Source: Salpingoeca rosetta
Taxonomy: Eukaryota; Protista; Choanoflagellata
Length of the DNA: 63,954 nucleotides
NCBI GenBank assembly: GCA_033442325.1
Contig: JAWQFM010000011.1
Location: forward strand, 616,750 to 680,703
Direction: 5' to 3'
This document shows positions 45,284-56,900 of this stretch, piece after piece; within the stretch, counting starts at the first letter, position 1; each line of letters begins with the position of its first letter. A program made the translations under genes and the position numbers. The notes beneath the pieces were generated by a model. It made no database searches. It was not told the DNA's origin and saw only the letters and a program-made list of their open reading frames with translations.

Positions 45284-46885
45284 CGTGTGTGTGTGTGTGT
45301 GCTTGCGGTGTGTCTGCGTGTTTGTACGTGTGTGTGTCTCGCGCTTGATCGTGCATTCAGCTCACCTCACCTTATGACACCTCCCCCCTCTCCTCCCTCT
45401 CCTCCCTCTCCTTCCTCTCCTCCCCCTCCCTCTCTTTCGTCTGCAGCTGGATACGTTGTAGGCTTTGTGTATGGCTGGAAACTGACGCTGGTCACCACGG
45501 GCATGGTCCCTCTCATCGCCATTGGTGCGTGCGTGTGTATGTGCGTATGTATCTGCTGTTGTATGTACATGTGTGTGTGTGTGTGTGCGTGATCCCTTCA
45601 TCACAGCATTCCATCGCATCGCCATTGCATTGCTCTGTTCTGTTTTCGTCTCCTCCGCGCTATTCATGCCACTCACGCTGCCACCACCACCATCACCACC
45701 ACCATCACAACCCACAGGCTCGGCAATCATGGGCAAGTACATTGCACAGGCGTCCTCGGGCGGGCAGGGCTTCTACGCAGCGGCGGGCAGCGTTGCAGAC
45801 GAAGTGATTCGCATGATCCGCACCGTCATTGCCTTTGACACGCAGGACCGCGAGGTGGAGCGCTACCACAAGGAGCTCGAGGGCGCATGCAAGGCCGGCG
45901 AGCGCGGTGGTCTCATCCAGGGCTGTGGTGCGTTGCCTGAGATTGGGGGGGGGGGTTTGTGGGAGTGCATGAGAGAAAGAGAGTGTGTGTGTGCGTGTGT
46001 GTGTGTGCCATGCAGTGAGCATCTGTATCGTTTCTTCCTCTCCTGTCCTCACACGACCACCATCACAATCACCACTCACTCCCGACAACATCCTTCCTCG
46101 TCATCAACAAAACCACGGCAGGGGTGGGCTTCACGCTGATGCTCACCTTCCTCACCTACGCGGTGGCGTTCTGGTTTGGGTCCTACCTTGTTGGGGAGGA
46201 GGAGCTGACAACTGGGCAGGTGTTGACGGTGTTCTTCTCAGTCATCATCGCAGCCACATCGATTGGCCAGGCAACGCCCAACATCAAGGTGATGGCTGCT
46301 GGCCGCGGTGCTGCGCGCGCCATCTTCGACATCATTGACCGCCCGTCCGAGATTGACTCGCTGTCCGAGGAAGGCACTGTGCCCTCCAAACTCACGGGCC
46401 ACATCCGCTTCAAGGACGTCGACTTCACCTACCCGACCCGCCCTGACGAGCAGATCCTGCACAAGCTCAACATCGAGGTGAAGCCGCAGGAGACGGTGGC
46501 GCTGGTCGGCGCGTCCGGCTGCGGAAAGTCCACGACCGTCGCCATGCTGGAGCGCTTCTACGACCCGACGGCAGGCAGCATTGAGCTCGACGGAACAGAC
46601 ATCCGCAAGCTCAACATCCAGTGGCTGCGGTCACAGATTGGCCTGGTGAGCCAGACCCCGGTGCTGTTCCCCACCACCATCGCAGACAACATTGCGCTTG
46701 GCAAGGACGATGCAACAGAGCACGAGGTCCACAGCGCCGCAAGGTGAGGTGGGCAGGGCAGGGCGGGTGTGTTTGTTTTGTTGCTTGTGTTGGGGAGGGG
46801 GAGGGAGGGAGGACGCGCGAGTGGATGTGTGACGGTTTGTGTGTGTGTGTGTGTGCGTGTGTGTGTGTGTGTGTGCGTGTGCGTG

Positions 46886-46920
<35 letters not shown>

Positions 46921-49900
46921 GTTGAAGGTGGTGTATCACTGTTTGTGATGCATGCGTACGGTATGCTCCCATTGAGCCCCCTCCTCCAATCTTGTCACTG
47001 CCGCCCTCACATCATGCCATGTCGCGCGGCGTCGTGTCTCCAGGATGGCGAATGCGCACGACTTCATCATGGCGCTGCCAGACGGATACAACACCATGGT
47101 CGGCGACTCCGGCACACAGCTCTCCGGCGGACAGGTCAGGACCCATCATCGTGGTAGCGGCAGTGGTGGTGGTGGGTCCGGACATTGTGGTGGGTACGCG
47201 CCGTTTGTTTCCTTCTCCGCCTCCCCTCACGCTGCTGTACACACGCACACACGCGTGCATTATTGATTTGCTGGTGCGCCTGATAGCGGCAACGCATTGC
47301 CATTGCTCGCGCTCTCATCAAAGCCCCAAACATCCTCCTCCTCGACGAAGCAACCAGGTGTGTGTGTGTGTGCGTGTGTGTGTGCGTGTGTGTGGTGTGT
47401 GTGGCGTGCGCGCGTGTGTGTGTTTATGAGTGTGTGTGTTGCTGTTGCTGTTGTTGTTGTTGTACGGGTATTTATTGGGCCCACACGCGCTTGTGCTTTC
47501 CCCTTCCACAACCACTCACCTTGTTCATTCGCGCCCGCACCCTCTCTTTCCTCTCCCACCTCCCCCACTCCAGCGCGCTGGACAACGAGAGCGAGGCGAT
47601 TGTGAAGGAGGCGCTTGACCGGGCATCGACCGGCCGCACCACCATCATGATTGCGCACCGCCTGTCCACGGTGTTCTCTGCAGACAAGATTGTAGTGATT
47701 GACCACGGGCGTGTGGTGGAGGCTGGCTCGCCGCAGGAGCTGCTTGACCAGCAGGGCGCCTTCTACCGCATGGTGCAGGCACAGCACGGCCACAGCGGCG
47801 ACGACAACGGCAGCAGCGCCAACAAGAACGCAAACCTGCGTGGTCGCATGTCCCTCGACGCGGGCAAGGCGGCCAGCAAGCTGCTGACAGAAGAGCTCGA
47901 CATGAGCGACAGCAGCAAACCAGCGGCGCTGGCAAATGCGTCATCGTCGCTCTCCTCAGCACAGAACACCAAGGCGGTGGAGGTGAAGCTGACGGCGGAC
48001 ATGGACGAGTCCGGTGACAACGACAGCGAGGAGGCGCCAAAGGTTGACCGCAGCATGGTGGGCTGGGCCTTTGAGCTGAACCGGAAGGAGCTGCCACAAC
48101 TGCTGTCCGGGAGCACGTGCGCAGCGCTGGAGGGCCTGTTGTCCGCAGCCAACGCCGTGCTGCTGGCAGAGCTGGTTGGCGTGCTCAACGACGACAACAG
48201 TCAGAAGCGCGTGAATGCGTTTGCGGGCGCCTTTGTTGGCATGGCTGTGCTGATGTTCTTCGTGCAAGTGGGCAAGTTCCACTTTCTGGCGATTGCCGGT
48301 GAGCGGCTGACGATGCGGTTGCGCGACATGGTGTTCCGAGTGATGGTGAGCAAGTCTGCCGGGTGGTACGATGACCCGCGCCACTCCCGCGGCATTCTCA
48401 CCACGCGCCTGTCGTCCGACGCCTCTGCTGTTCGCGGCGCTCTCGGCGACCAGCTCGGCGTTGCCGTCCGCATTGCATTCACAGGTGCGCACTCGCGTGT
48501 GTTTGCGTGTGTCTGTATGTGTGTTTTTGTGCGCGCATTGTGTGTGCGCGCGCGTGTTTGTATGTGTGTGTGTGTGTGTCTGTGTGTGTTGAATGTGTGT
48601 GTGTGTGTGTGTTTGCGTGTGTTTGCGTGTGTTTGCGTGTGTCTCTGTGTGTCTGTGTGTGTGTGTCTGTGTGTGCATGTTTGTGCGCGTGCTCCCCATT
48701 GCCGACTCATCATGTTTTATCACTCCTTCGTCTCTTCACCAGTGATTGGGTGCATGACGGCTGCCTGTATCTACTGCTGGCGCGTCGCACTCGTCGTCCT
48801 TGCCACATTTCCCATCATCATTCTCAGCGGTTGGTACATATGCTTGCTGTACGGTGCTGTGGCAGCACATGACACACTTAGCGACAACCACTCACGTGTT
48901 CAAACATGCACGACAATGACAGCATCCATTGAATATAAGTTGATCAGCGGCTTCTCAACGGGCAAGGCCTTTGAGCGCTCTGGGAAGTTTGCCAGTCTCG
49001 CTGTCGAGGAAGTTCGCACCGTCGCCTCCCTTGGTGGGTAGATGTCACAAAGATCGCGCTGGTGTGTCTTGCTGTCTGTTTTTGCGCAGTGCGTGCATTC
49101 TCCAAACATACCGGTTCACTGGTTGCGCGCTTCTCACCCATGTTTCACCCAACTGCCATCCAGGTCGACTGGACACATTTGTTCAAGACTATGCTCACAC
49201 GCTTGAGGCTCCTGCCGCCATCATGCGAAGGAAGGCACACATTCAGGGCCTTGTTTTTGGCTTCTTTGAATTTAGGTATGCCGCAGCGGTGCTTGCATGT
49301 GTGTCTGTGTGCGTGTGCGCGCGCTTGTGAGTGTGTTTGTCTACATGTGTGGATTTGTGTGTGTGTGTGTGTGTGCGTGCGTGCGTGAATGCATGGTTTT
49401 GTGTTTGTGCGTGTGTATGGGTGTGTATGAATGTGTGCATGCGCGTGCGCGTGTCCACTTGCTGGTGCTTGTTTGCTATTTCCCTTTGAATAGTCTACCA
49501 CTAGCCATTGCATCCAGCTTATCGGTCATTGCAATGTGCTTGCCTTGTTCAGTGTATTTTCCGTGTGGGCGCTCGGCTTCTGGTACGGTAGTCGGATTGT
49601 TGACAATGGCCACTGCACCTTCAATCACATGTTTGCAGCACAAGGTACAGCCAACATGAGACTGGAGGTGTCCCTGCTTTCTTTTCGCCACATGCTTCTT
49701 TTCAGCTTCATGAGACGTTGCACGCTGACCGGGCTCTTGTCACGCCACTCGAATCCCAGTGTCCATTATCTTCATGGGAGTATTGACCGGACAAGCAAGC
49801 GCTCTCGCACCGAGTGCTGCCAAGGTGCACAACACATGTTCGCGTGTTTGCTCACATCAGCCTCGCATTGCCATCGTGCGCAGTCGTGTTTTCGACGTTC

Positions 49901-50450
49901 CAGCAATCATGCATCCACACTTTGTGCACTATCATCCACGCACTCACGCAGACACACGCACACGAACACGTTCACATGCTCTTCCCACTGTCGGGCGCTT
50001 GCTCACGTGGGCACGTGTCTGTGACATCGCTTCCCTCCCAATATCCTTGCGAACACACGCACGCACTCAGGCAAAGCAAGCGGCTGGTCGCCTGTACACG
50101 ATGATCGAGACACACAAGGAGGAACAAGAGGCCGAGGCGGAGAAGAAGTACGTGCGGCCCGAGATTACGGGTCGCGTTGAGTTCAAGGACGTCGACTTTG
50201 TGTACCCGACGCGCCCCGATGCGCAGGTGCTGTCCAAGCTGAACCTGTCGGTGGAGGCCGGCAAGACGATTGCCCTGGTCGGCCAGAGCGGGTGTGGCAA
50301 GAGTACGATGATTTCGCTGATTGAGCGGTTCTACTCGCCCGTTGGCGGCAAGATCCTTGTGGACGGCGTGGACGCGGAGAAGATTGACCCGGGCCACCTC
50401 AGGAAACACATTGCCCTCGTCACCCAGCAGGTATTGTGTGACTGTGCGGT

Positions 50451-50513
<63 letters not shown>

Positions 50514-51245
50514 GTGTGTGTGTGCGTGTGTGTGTGTATCTATTTGCGTTGTGCGGGGACAGGTCGTGTCAGAAATTGAACTGCAGCAACCTGACAAGAC
50601 ACATTGACTCGTTGTGTTGTGACGTCTTGCAGCCTGAGCTGTTTGCGTCTTCCATCAAGGAGAACATTGCATACGGCATCCCCGAAGACGTGCCCATGGA
50701 GTGAGTCGCTGCAACTGCTGATGGTGAAGACGAATGTACATGCATGATGAGAGAAGAAGCACAACACTGGGTGGGGAGCGGCTGCTTGCATGACACGTTT
50801 TATTTGGGCGCAGAAACTGATGTGCGTGTGTTGCACGGCCTTCCTGTGTCATTCGTCAGGCGCATTGAGGATGCGGCGCGAAAGGCCAATGCCTATGATT
50901 TCATCCAGGAGTTTCAGGACAAGTTTGACACGCTCGTTGGCGAGAAGGGCGCGCAGCTCTCCGGTGGACAGGTTGGTTCTGTGGACTGTAGGGGCATTGC
51001 AGCAGTGTGCGATGCTCGGCCTTGGTCCTGCTTGTGGGCGGTGTTGGCTTGCATGTGATCACCAGATCCCAACCACCCCCCCCCCCACCTCATCTCACGC
51101 CACTGCCAACAACAACACAGCGCCAGCGCATTGCTGTTGCGCGTGCACTGGTGAGGGCAGACGACATCAAGATTTTGCTGCTGGACGAAGCTTCCGCTGC
51201 CCTGGACACCAAGAGCGAAATGCTCGTGCACGAGGCCTTGGACAG
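44165..51245 (+). CDS. ABCB/MDR full transporter, copy B; final NBD2 exon (H-loop) not found
   Basis: ATGAGTGACAAAG|GTGAGT at 44165. Same exon structure as copy A. NBD2 motifs [13 protein letters not shown] and [12 protein letters not shown], then VHEALDR|GT at 51245 with no recognisable downstream exon. Confidence 0.95.
44839..50470 (+). repeat. Right arm of inverted duplication (ABCB copy B)
   Basis: Matches the left arm, with shared intron sequences such as GTAAGCAACGCGCTGTGCTTGCGTGC and GTGAGGTGGGCAGGGCAGGGCGGG. Confidence 0.95.
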
Positions 51246-51415
51246 GTGTGTTTTGTTTAGTGTTTGTTGGGTGTGTGTTGAGGGTGTGTGTGTGTGTGTG
51301 TGTGTGTTTGGAGAAGTGGCAATCACGATGTACCACGCATCGTACGTGCATGAAGGGACCCCATTGATATGTGGCTCATAATGTGATGATGCTTGAATCT
51401 CCCCCCGCCCGCCAC

Positions 51416-51446
<31 letters not shown>

Positions 51447-52135
51447 ACACACACACACATGTGCAGGACGATTGTGATATGAGCAGGCAGAATGTGAAAG
51501 GCTTGGTTGCTTCTGTTGTGTTGTGTACGTGTACTTGGTGGTGTGTTTGTGTGTGCACTTGTAAGGAACGATGGGTGCGTTGAGGGCGCAGCTGTCAATG
51601 CTGTAACTGTGGTCGCACTTGAATTGAAGGACTTGGCGTTGATCTAGGCGCATTCGCATGCAACTCGTGCTGATTGGGTTTGCGTTGGCCACTTTGTGAA
51701 ACTTGCAAGCAACAAAGGTGTGCTGTTCGTTTTGAGGCTGATGTTCGCTTCTGCTTCGTAAATTTGCTTGCTGATATGCAACAGAACACTCTGCTGGTAC
51801 TTGGGGACTTGTCGAACGGAAACACATTGTAATGTGGTGGCCAGTAACGGAAAATCAGAGAAAGGGTGTGCGCCTCAGCGGGTGACGCGACGATGGTGGT
51901 GTGATTGGTGTGATGGTTGTGTTGTTCGCAACAAATCAGCAGCGTTAGGCAGAAGAAGAACATCGGGACATGCAGAAGTCAAAGAGTGAGCGAACAGAAC
52001 AAACAGAGGACGGTTGACATGCGTCACAAGTGGAGAAACAGAAACATCATGGACTGATGTGAAGAAGAAGAAGAAGGCGGGCGGAGAGGAACCAATCTTT
52101 CATGAGACTTGGCTGGAAGGGAAGCTGGCAACCCT

Positions 52136-53182
52136 TTAGCACGTCACGTCAATGTCGTGAACGACCGACGCTGCACCGGAGCACGCGATAAACTGGTAGG
52201 AGCCATCATGCCCTGGAGAACCGTTTTGTCCATCTGCACCAGACAGCCCAGTGGCCCCTTGAGAGCCAGGTTTGCCATCTCCACAACTGTGATCTTGGTT
52301 GCAGTGGCAGTGACAGCCGAGAAGGTCCAAGCAGCATGTGTGGATGAAGGCCAAGCCTCCTTTGCCTCCTTGTCCTCCAGCTCCGCCTGGGCCGCCTTTT
52401 CCGCCTTGTCCGCCATGACCACCAGAGACGCTGACAACGGTGCTGTTGGCGCTGATTGCCGTGATGCGAACTTGGCCTCCGTTGCCGCCTGCTCCGCCAT
52501 TCGTTCCAGGTGTACCAGTACCGCCCTGCTTTCCGTCCTCTCCAGGAAAGCCGGGGTGGCAAGTATGATCACAGCCGTATCCTCGACCAGCATCAGCAGG
52601 ATTGACTGGGGGCATTGCGCACGCGCCTTGCTTCCCGTTTGCGCCAGGAGCCCCAGGCTTCCCTTGATGTCCTGGCGTGCCACTGCCACCTGGTCCGCCC
52701 TGAGCGCTGATGGAGAGCGTACCTGACGTTTTCCGGGCGGAGATGACGATGTTGCCGGCATTGCCCCCTGGCTTATTGGTGCTACCGGCCTCTCCATTCA
52801 CGTTGAACTGCACTGCGCCTTGCACCTGGAGCACGTCATTGCACAGCAAAACAATGTTGCGGCCAGGTGATGTGTAGTTGCCACTGTTGATGATGCAGGT
52901 GTCAGCAACCACGATGAGGTCCTTGCCTGCTACGAGAGCTCCGGTCGTGACGGCCACCCTGGTTCCGTTGTAGATGACTGCGGTAGCGTTGGAGGACACC
53001 GTGGTAATGTTGGCGACGGGAAAGTGCCCGCAAGAGTCGTGCACTCGACGAGAAGTAACGACCGCACCGGTGGAGCGCCCGTGCTGCGCCACTGCCAGTG
53101 CTGCAAGCAGAAGCAGCCCCAGGTGAGCCTGCTGAAGAAGCCGAGAGAGTCCCAGGAGCATCTTGGGAGGCATCTTGAACAT
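52136..53182 (-). CDS. Intronless, probably secreted glycine-rich (GxxGxxG) protein with Cys-rich loops
   Basis: Uninterrupted ORF with a hydrophobic N-terminal segment (LGLLLLAALAVA), several N-x-S/T sequons, G-X-Y and GG-X runs interleaved with short beta-like segments, and Cys clusters. The start Met could be 53182, 53173 or 53161. Confidence 0.8.
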   Translation of the reverse strand: MFKMPPKMLLGLSRLLQQAHLGLLLLAALAVAQHGRSTGAVVTSRRVHDSCGHFPVANITTVSSNATAVIYNGTRVAVTTGALVAGKDLIVVADTCIINSGNYTSPGRNIVLLCNDVLQVQGAVQFNVNGEAGSTNKPGGNAGNIVISARKTSGTLSISAQGGPGGSGTPGHQGKPGAPGANGKQGACAMPPVNPADAGRGYGCDHTCHPGFPGEDGKQGGTGTPGTNGGAGGNGGQVRITAISANSTVVSVSGGHGGQGGKGGPGGAGGQGGKGGLAFIHTCCLDLLGCHCHCNQDHSCGDGKPGSQGATGLSGADGQNGSPGHDGSYQFIACSGAASVVHDIDVTC

Positions 53183-53998
53183 CGTCGCACTTTCTTGGAA
53201 AGGGAGGAAGGTGCAAGTCGGTGAGTGCAAAGAAGAAGACCAGGTCTGTAGGCGAAGCTTGTACTTGTAATGCGCTGGCGTTGCTGATAGCGTGGAAAAT
53301 GAGGCAGCTCGTTGACTTGAGCCACCCGCCAATCTGGATCTGCTCATCAATGAGAGTCAAGCAAGAGAGTCAAGCAAGAGAGTCGATTTGTCACGGGTAT
53401 CACCAAGTCTGTCCTTGCTTCCTTGTGCAACGGAAAGAACATCTGCGTTGCATGGTGCACACGCGTGTTCATGCGCATGTTTCTTCATGCCATCCTGCTC
53501 GGGAGAGGGTCGCCCAAAAGAGGTGAGGGGCACGTGACAAATGAACCACGGAGCTACGGAGGAATGACACCGCAGAAACAACAGTAAAGCAGTGGGCGCG
53601 CTAAATTGCTAGCTTGCTTGTCAACGATTGTAGTGATGTGACATGACATGATCAACTAGATCAATCATGCTAGCACAACCAATATTGGAGCTGCTGCCAC
53701 GACCAATCTTCAAATTATATCTTTGGTGCGAGCTAGGGCGGGGAGGAAAGGGAAGAACAGAAGAATGGAGGTCGAGTGACTGTGATACACTGTGCGAAGA
53801 GCATGCGGTGTTCAACCCGACTTTTGGTGAGTCACGAATTGGGCAAGGGAGGCTCAAGCCCAAAATCCATCGCTGGACTATGGACAGAAGCAAGAGGAAG
53901 CGCAACAAAGCACGACATCAGCATTTTTCTCTGCGCGATATTGCTCATGCTTTTTTTTTTTTTTTTTGTTTTTGACAGGGACACGGAAAGGCGTGTTG

Positions 53999-56900
53999 CT
54001 ATTGATCCGACTTGGCACTCGTGGATGATGCTGAGCCAGGCCCGTCACCATGATGGGGCGTGCGTGGTGTTGTTTCGGCATCAAACACGAGAATGGCGCG
54101 CACCAGAACGCACGCGGGGTCGTCAATTGCAATCTCAGCCACGGGAATGTGGCCGGGCTCATCCCACTGCTTGAAGGTGCCAAACGGCTTGCCATCGTCG
54201 ATGTCGCCTGAGGTGAAGTCGACGACCGCGACGTGGGCGTCATGACCAGCGCGCAGCGGAAGCCCAGAGAGGTTGACGCCCAACACGGGGTAGGGGTTGG
54301 CGTACTGGATGTCGCAAACCAGCACGACACGGTACTCCTTTCCTGAGCGGAGGTTCATGCACTTGAGGTCGTGGTGCTTGCTACTGCTGTATGTGCAAGG
54401 TCTTGTGTATGCAAGCGCGTAGTCAAGGTCTGGCGTGAAGTAGAAACCGGCGCCGTACCAGTCTGCAGGCACAAACCGTTGCTTGGTAATGAATGTGGCC
54501 AGAGCGGTGTCTGTGAGGCGGGCGAAATCGCCACCCAGAATATCAATCGCAGCTCCAAAGTTCTTGACGCCGTGAAACACGCGCTGCAGACGAATTTGAG
54601 GGTCTCTTGTCATCAACGACGTGTCAAGCAGGTCATAGTGGGATTGTCGAGTGACACGGGCGACCACATAGTCCTCTTCTCTGGTGAATTCTGGCCCGTG
54701 CCTGCCGTATTTGGGTGAAAACGTATGGGTGATATCTGCCAGGTGGTTGCGGTAGCGGGCTTTACTGCCATCAATGGCGCCGTTGAAAGCGGCCAACTTC
54801 TGATCGCACCACGTGATGGCAGCAGCATGGACGTTATACCCAAACGGGATGAGGGGATCTGTCTCTGCAGCAGTGCGTCCGCCAGCCTGGCACAAGAGCT
54901 GTGTTGGTGTGTGTGTGTGTGTGTTAGAGGGGTGTGTTGCAGTAAATTATGTTTCAGGTAGGCATGGCTCTATAAACGACAGAAGTGCAAGTGGAGAACG
55001 TGTGTCATGCACACAAGGGAAGCAAGGCACAGTGACGCAACTCGATGCATACGCACACTCGCTTGGGCGCTCACCGTTTTGATGAGTTTGGTGTGGCTCG
55101 CTAGGTTGAGCGGAGCGATTTGCACAGATGCACGCAAGGATAAGGTGGTTGCCACACGCTCCAAGGCATTCCGCAACTCTGGCTTGAACTTCCAGGCAGC
55201 GTCTGGTGGGCCTTGCAGCATCAGTTGCTGTTCTCGAAGCAACTGGTGCTGCCTCCGTTCCAATTCCAATCGTTGCTGTCGCTTCTTCTTGACCGCAGCA
55301 TGTTGTTGCTTTGCATCCTCGTGCTGAACCCTCAAGGTCGCGTGAAGCTGCGCAAAGTTAATCCGGCTACCGCTGACAGCAAAGCAGAGACCGACCAGGG
55401 CCTCAAGAAGCTCTGGCATCGCCTGCCCGGTGACCGTGTGGTCCAGCGGCAAGTGGCGACCAGCGCGATAGCTGTCGGTCACATTGATGAAGGAAGCACC
55501 ACCGTTCGCTGCGTATTCTCCGTGGTGCCAAGGGATGACGCCAAACCACACCTCCCACATCACACAGCCAAACGAGAAGACGTCCGTGTCAGCGCGCACC
55601 TTCGTTTCGAGAAGCTGCTCCGGGGATGCCCAATAAAGTGTTCCCCGAACAACAGAAACAGATGAACGATCGGCAGGCCTGATCGTGCTCAACCCAAAGT
55701 CTGTGACCTTGACCGTGCACGCTGCATCCAGCAATATGTTGGCCGACTTGAGGTCTCTGTGTACGATCTTGTGCGCGTGCAAAAACTCCATCGCGCCCGC
55801 TGTCTCGGTCAAGATGCGCATTTTGTCCACTTCCTGCAGTTGCTTCTTGTCGATGTGCAAGAAGTCGTACAAGGAGCCGTTGTCTGCCCAGCTCAGGACG
55901 ACCGACATTGTCCTGCTCTTGTCATCGTAACACAGGCCGAGAAACGTCACGATGTTCGGGTGCCGCATGGAAGCGAAGATAAGCAGCTCTCGTCGCACCC
56001 ACTTCTCTTTGTCTTCGGCGGCACCAAGATCGTCATCCAGCAATTCCTTGAGCCTCGGCTTGCGCGATAGATCCACCTCCTTCAGCGCCACTTTGTGCCC
56101 GGCGAGTCGAGCCTCAAAGAGCCGTCCGTAACCCCCAGAAACGGGCCTGTCTGCATTGTTTGTCGCCCGCTTCTTGTCCACAAAAAGGGAGGCGTCCATG
56201 TCCAAATTCAGCATAGTCTCTGAACACATTGTTGTTGTTGCGACCCAAAAACATCCGTGAGACACGAATAAAGGCAAGCTGTGAGTAAATTGCGTTGGGA
56301 GGGGGGAACGCGTGTCTGCATGAGTGTGCATATGTGCATGTGTGCGTGTGCGTGTGCGTGTGCGTGTGCGTGTGCATGAATGCGCATGAATGTGCATGTG
56401 CGCACGTGCGTGTGCATGTGTGCACGTGCGTGTGTGTGTACGTGGTGTCGTCGGGCGTTACCCCTCGTTGTTGGCGAACCAACTGAAAGACTGAGCATCG
56501 TGCAGCACTTACCGATGCGTTGTTCAAGCGCACGCTGGGCGTCTGAGACATGCCTGTCGGGGTCAGATTCCGATTGCTGTCCTGATGCGGCAAATGGCAA
56601 GCAACCGCGTGATCGATGTGCACATTCACGTGAATGGACGCATCGTGGACTCTGCTGCCTCCCAGAACCAGCAGCAGCGAGCATGACACCGCCATGGGAA
56701 ATACCTCTGAGCGCCTCTTCATCAGACCGGTCCCCGGCAACTGTTGCAGCTGGACACACGCCCTGGTCTGATGAAAGCAAAGGCACGGTGTGCAGTGTGG
56801 TTGATCCATGCAAGGATGAGTACTACGAGGAGAACTGTGATGTAAAATTTGTTTTCACACTTAACGGTGGTTGCGGGCGCAAAACCGTGCAGCAGAGAGA

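Noticed and set aside
52136-52700. Canonical fibrillar collagen
   Set aside because: The G-X-Y runs are short (about 8-10 triplets), often GG-X, and interrupted by beta-like segments; no trimerisation domain seen.
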